From Bacteroidota bacterium (GTDB taxonomy: Bacteria > Bacteroidota > Bacteroidia > Chitinophagales > LD1): a stretch of DNA of 56,269 bases. Under the pieces are notes generated by a model. That model ran no database searches. It had not been told where the DNA came from and was given only the letters and a program-made list of their open reading frames with translations. Made by a program: the position numbers and the translations under genes. This document shows positions 53,068-56,269 of the stretch, one piece after another (position 1 is the stretch's first letter; every line of letters begins with the position of its first letter). The stretch spans positions 1-56,269 of the forward strand of contig JAZKEP010000183.1 in assembly GCA_040387015.1 (NCBI GenBank), in the 5' to 3' direction.

Positions 53068-53955
53068 ATGGCGAAAGTGTTGATACATATTGGATATCCT
53101 AAGGCGGGCTCCACTTATTTACAGGAGTGGTATTCGCGTCATCCTGCCCTTCACTATAAGGGTAAAGGAGTCTTGGGTTTTGATAACAATTGGGATATTG
53201 CCACTTACGCTGAAACAACAGAAAAGTTGCATGAATGTTTTGTTTTAAGCAGTGAAGACCTTAGCGTTTGGAAGGGAGAAATGGATATGTCTACCCTTGA
53301 TAACAAAAAAGACTTTGACATACGCGCTTATCAGGAAAAACTTGCAGATACTTTGTTTGCCGTGTTCCCTAATGCACAAATTCTTATATGCACCCGCGGG
53401 TTTGAGTCTATGCTTTACGCCATGTATAATCAAAATGTTTCCATAGGAGGTATTCTCAGATTCAAAGATTTTATGGCGAAGCTAAATGTGTATCTGGCTG
53501 ATTTTTATGATTATAGTTTTGTTATTCAGCTTTACCGCGAAAGATTTGGCAAGAATGTACTTGTGCTGCCGGTTGAGCTTTTAAAGGATGATAGTAAAAA
53601 ATTTGTCCGGCTCATTGAAGATGCCATAGAACTTGAGCATCGCTATTATTTACCCGCAGTCGTAAATGCTTCTATGAACAATAGTTTTATTCATACTTAC
53701 CTCGTTTTTTCAAAAACACTGTATTCCTTGCTCAAGTTGTTTCCGGCTTCATTCAATCAAAAGGTTTATCAGAAGTATGTTCGAATGCTGGCAAAGGAAA
53801 AGCCCCATCCGTTTATGAAGGCAATGAATCGTTTAATAAACGGAGAAACAGATTTGAAAGTAAAGCCTGAAGATTTGAATCTATTCAGAGACAAGGCTGA
53901 AATTCTTAGGAACGAACCTCTGTATCAACCTTACCTGAAAGATTATTTGCTTTAG
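53068..53955 (+). CDS. sulfotransferase family protein
   Basis: 295-aa ORF. IGYPKAGSTYLQEW matches the PAPS 5-prime-phosphosulfate binding loop (PKxGTTxL). ICTRGFESMLYAMY resembles the 3-prime-phosphate binding R..S motif. Confidence 0.65.
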   Translation: MAKVLIHIGYPKAGSTYLQEWYSRHPALHYKGKGVLGFDNNWDIATYAETTEKLHECFVLSSEDLSVWKGEMDMSTLDNKKDFDIRAYQEKLADTLFAVFPNAQILICTRGFESMLYAMYNQNVSIGGILRFKDFMAKLNVYLADFYDYSFVIQLYRERFGKNVLVLPVELLKDDSKKFVRLIEDAIELEHRYYLPAVVNASMNNSFIHTYLVFSKTLYSLLKLFPASFNQKVYQKYVRMLAKEKPHPFMKAMNRLINGETDLKVKPEDLNLFRDKAEILRNEPLYQPYLKDYLL

Positions 53956-54855
53956 TTAACTCTCCGAAAAAAACTTAGAAAAGAACGATTTGGGCTTTTC
54001 AAGTTGAGGGAACTCACCGGGAAATTCGGATATAAGAAATTTTATCAAGTCTGGTTCGTGAACATTCAAATCCTGGTAAGGATATTTTTTTATGAAGGGC
54101 ACTTGTTCAACTACCGTTGGATGATTTACACTATCATAGGCAATAAAGAAATCATGATCAGGAGCGTACACTTCCACATCCTTAATTTCGGTTTGAGGCT
54201 TGATATAATAGAGAAGGAATTGCGCTTCAGCGGGTCGCATGTTTACTACCGCAGCTAGTCGCATATTATTAGTGAAATTAGTATTTGAACCATGCACTAC
54301 CCGGTGGTCCCAAGCCACAGCATCACCTGGCCCCAGGTAAATATCAGTAAGATACTTGTGTAACCTTTCAGTAGGAATATGCCTGAATGTATCCGGGATA
54401 GAAACACCCCTTGTGTAATCAAACAGGCGATGACTGCCTTTCAAAAGGCAAATTGCTCCATTTTTATCATTGGTCTCATCCAGGGCCACCCACATATTTA
54501 TAGAGCGGTACCTCGTTTCATCCACATGTGCCCAATCTTGATGCAGGTGCATAGCACTATCAGGCTTGGGGTGTTTCACAGACATAGCAGCAAAAACCGG
54601 TACGTAATCATTCAGATATTTCTGTGCAGCCGGAACGAGTACTTTCTGAACCCCCAAATCAATGTTCGCTTTAGTATCACCTCCTTCAATCCAATGGCTT
54701 ACATAAAATGATTTGTTCGCATTATCCATTCTGTTCTGTTCATATACCTGGCGCAAATCTTTTACTTCATCTTTATTGATGAGATTACGAATAATGGTAT
54801 AACCATATTTCGCAAATTTTTCCTCCATATCATCGGCATTAAAAACTCTCTTCAT
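53956..54855 (-). CDS. phytanoyl-CoA dioxygenase (PhyH) family Fe(II)/2-oxoglutarate oxygenase
   Basis: 299-aa ORF with an HxD facial-triad start in HLHQDWAHVDE and the distal His in DHRVVHGS. Confidence 0.75.
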   Translation of the reverse strand: MKRVFNADDMEEKFAKYGYTIIRNLINKDEVKDLRQVYEQNRMDNANKSFYVSHWIEGGDTKANIDLGVQKVLVPAAQKYLNDYVPVFAAMSVKHPKPDSAMHLHQDWAHVDETRYRSINMWVALDETNDKNGAICLLKGSHRLFDYTRGVSIPDTFRHIPTERLHKYLTDIYLGPGDAVAWDHRVVHGSNTNFTNNMRLAAVVNMRPAEAQFLLYYIKPQTEIKDVEVYAPDHDFFIAYDSVNHPTVVEQVPFIKKYPYQDLNVHEPDLIKFLISEFPGEFPQLEKPKSFFSKFFSES

Positions 54856-54991
54856 TATTCAACTATTAAGCTGTGATATATTATTAAAAGACCTCCCTAC
54901 GCAACACAAATTTTCGCATTGATTAACCCCATGCGAACATAAACAAGATATGCCTTTATTTGCTATTTTCATAGTCTGATAAAAATCATGT

Positions 54992-55987
54992 ATGGATACA
55001 TCTGCAAATACAGAAAAGTTATTCCCCGCTCGTCACACTTTTGTGCGCAACGAAGCACTTAGAAATGAATTACATGAAGGCGGCTATAAGGTCGTTGGCG
55101 GCTTAGGTAAGGATGTTATTGAAGAAATAAATGCACTTTATAACAGCAGCCACGATTTGAAAGAAACCGGAATGTTTTATACCCTGTATTCCAAAGACAT
55201 CGCCTATCGTCAGCGCATTTTCGATTCGTTAAATAAAATTTTATCAGCGTATTATGATGAGCATTTAACTGACTATAAGATTGCTTACAACATTTTTGTG
55301 GTGAAAAACCCGGGTAAGGAAAGTGAATTTTTTGTTCACCAGGATCCTAGTATGGTAGATGAGTTTAAATATTCTCCTCTCCATATCTGGTTGCCTTTGT
55401 GTGATATTGATGAAAACAACGGGGCACTTTGTTTAACTCCCGGCACCAATCATCTATACATGCCATACCGGAGTGTGGCATTCCCTAATGCGTTTGAAAA
55501 AGTAAACGATTTGGTGCGCGACTACATGATGCCTGTATATATGAAGGCAGGAGAAGCTATCTTCTTCGACCCGCGTGTAGTGCATTGTTCGCTGCCTAAT
55601 TTCTCTGATAAAACCCGTGTGGCTGTGCTCACTGGAGTGGTGCCTAAAGAAGCCGAAGTGATAATCACACACCAAGAGCCCGATGAGGCAACTAAGATTG
55701 AACTGATTAGACAGAAAGATGATTTCTATATTCAGGCTGATGATTTTTATCTTACCTGCAAGTGTCGTCCTGCTTTGGGAACTTTATCGCAAGTGGTGAG
55801 CTATACACCGCCTGTTTATAGCAAAGAAGATTTTTTGGAGTTCACAAAGAAAAAGGGATTAAGCCCTTTAAATATTTTGCCTCCGTCTTTAAACACCGAG
55901 TGTATAATGTATGGCGAACCTATTCAGGCAAACAATAAGTACCATAGTAAGAATGCGCCCGCTGATGTTATGTTAGGGCACAAATAG
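54992..55987 (+). CDS. phytanoyl-CoA dioxygenase (PhyH) family Fe(II)/2-oxoglutarate oxygenase
   Basis: 331-aa ORF with HxD in FFVHQDPSMVDE and the distal His in DPRVVHCS. Confidence 0.75.
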   Translation: MDTSANTEKLFPARHTFVRNEALRNELHEGGYKVVGGLGKDVIEEINALYNSSHDLKETGMFYTLYSKDIAYRQRIFDSLNKILSAYYDEHLTDYKIAYNIFVVKNPGKESEFFVHQDPSMVDEFKYSPLHIWLPLCDIDENNGALCLTPGTNHLYMPYRSVAFPNAFEKVNDLVRDYMMPVYMKAGEAIFFDPRVVHCSLPNFSDKTRVAVLTGVVPKEAEVIITHQEPDEATKIELIRQKDDFYIQADDFYLTCKCRPALGTLSQVVSYTPPVYSKEDFLEFTKKKGLSPLNILPPSLNTECIMYGEPIQANNKYHSKNAPADVMLGHK

Positions 55988-56107
55988 AAAATCCTCATAT
56001 ACGATCGTCAGTATTTCTCATTTTTTGAACCCTTATTTGTGAGCTACCGGTTAATTATAGAATAGATCGTTCCGAGTCATGGCGCACTATTTCTGAAAAA
56101 TTTAAAA

Positions 56108-56269
56108 CTATTCTATTTCCAATTCTCTTGATGTAATATAATCCTTAAATGCATCGCGAGCTTTTATCAGATAGTGCCCCTTTTTGAAAATTGAAATTGA
56201 ATGATAGGCTAATTGCTGAACAGCTTCAGCAGTTGTTTCCTCGGTAACTAATAGAGCTTCCGCATAAGT
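56108..56269 (-). CDS. C-terminal fragment of an unidentified protein (N-terminus beyond right edge)
   Basis: Hand translation of the minus strand gives 53 open codons (TYAEALLVTEETTAEAVQQLAYHSISIFKKGHYLIKARDAFKDYITSRELEIE) ending at the TAG (56108-56110). No motif recognised. Confidence 0.35.
   Translation of the reverse strand, partial: TYAEALLVTEETTAEAVQQLAYHSISIFKKGHYLIKARDAFKDYITSRELEIE

Overview
The window looks like a chromosomal segment of a Bacteroidota bacterium. Three secreted proteins end in FPNP-type T9SS C-terminal sorting domains, a GldB gliding lipoprotein sits next to nadE, and TAnnTTTG promoter boxes recur. I recognised no rRNA, tRNA, CRISPR array, transposase or integrase. 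From 1 to 39.5 kb the content is mostly ordinary: a partial M48 peptidase, a T9SS lipase, SCP2, higBA, and three acyl-CoA dehydrogenase paralogues (glutaryl-CoA-DH-like, an ACAD-SCP2 fusion, AidB-like). This part also carries an amidase, a ChlI-like ATPase/vWA pair, a CocE/NonD hydrolase, a MIP channel, Kup, NadE, GldB, pyrophosphatase, a LemA-TPM-TPM operon, DinB and SerC. Unexplained structures inside it are two sequence-unrelated tandem arrays with an exact 21-bp period (6144-6400 and 19751-19981) and two heptanucleotide repeat blocks embedded in frame in nadE. Others are a voltage-sensor-domain-only membrane protein, a G-tract-rich 3-prime UTR and a REP-like palindromic repeat family. From a 410-bp ORF-free gap after serC (39536-39946) to the right edge, the sequence turns visibly more AT-rich. 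It encodes a tightly packed, strand-switching accessory cluster that I cannot match to any known locus type. Its genes are a flippase-like UPF0104 protein, a dihaem cytochrome c with an orphan CydA-like protein (no CydB), and three 537-574 aa polytopic membrane proteins. It also has a fatty-acid hydroxylase, a ChbG/YdjC deacetylase, a Wzt-like ABC ATPase without a recognisable Wzm permease, a sulfotransferase and two PhyH-family dioxygenases. That cluster is my best candidate for an undescribed envelope lipid or glycan tailoring system. All function calls rest on motifs read by eye and need HMM or BLAST confirmation.
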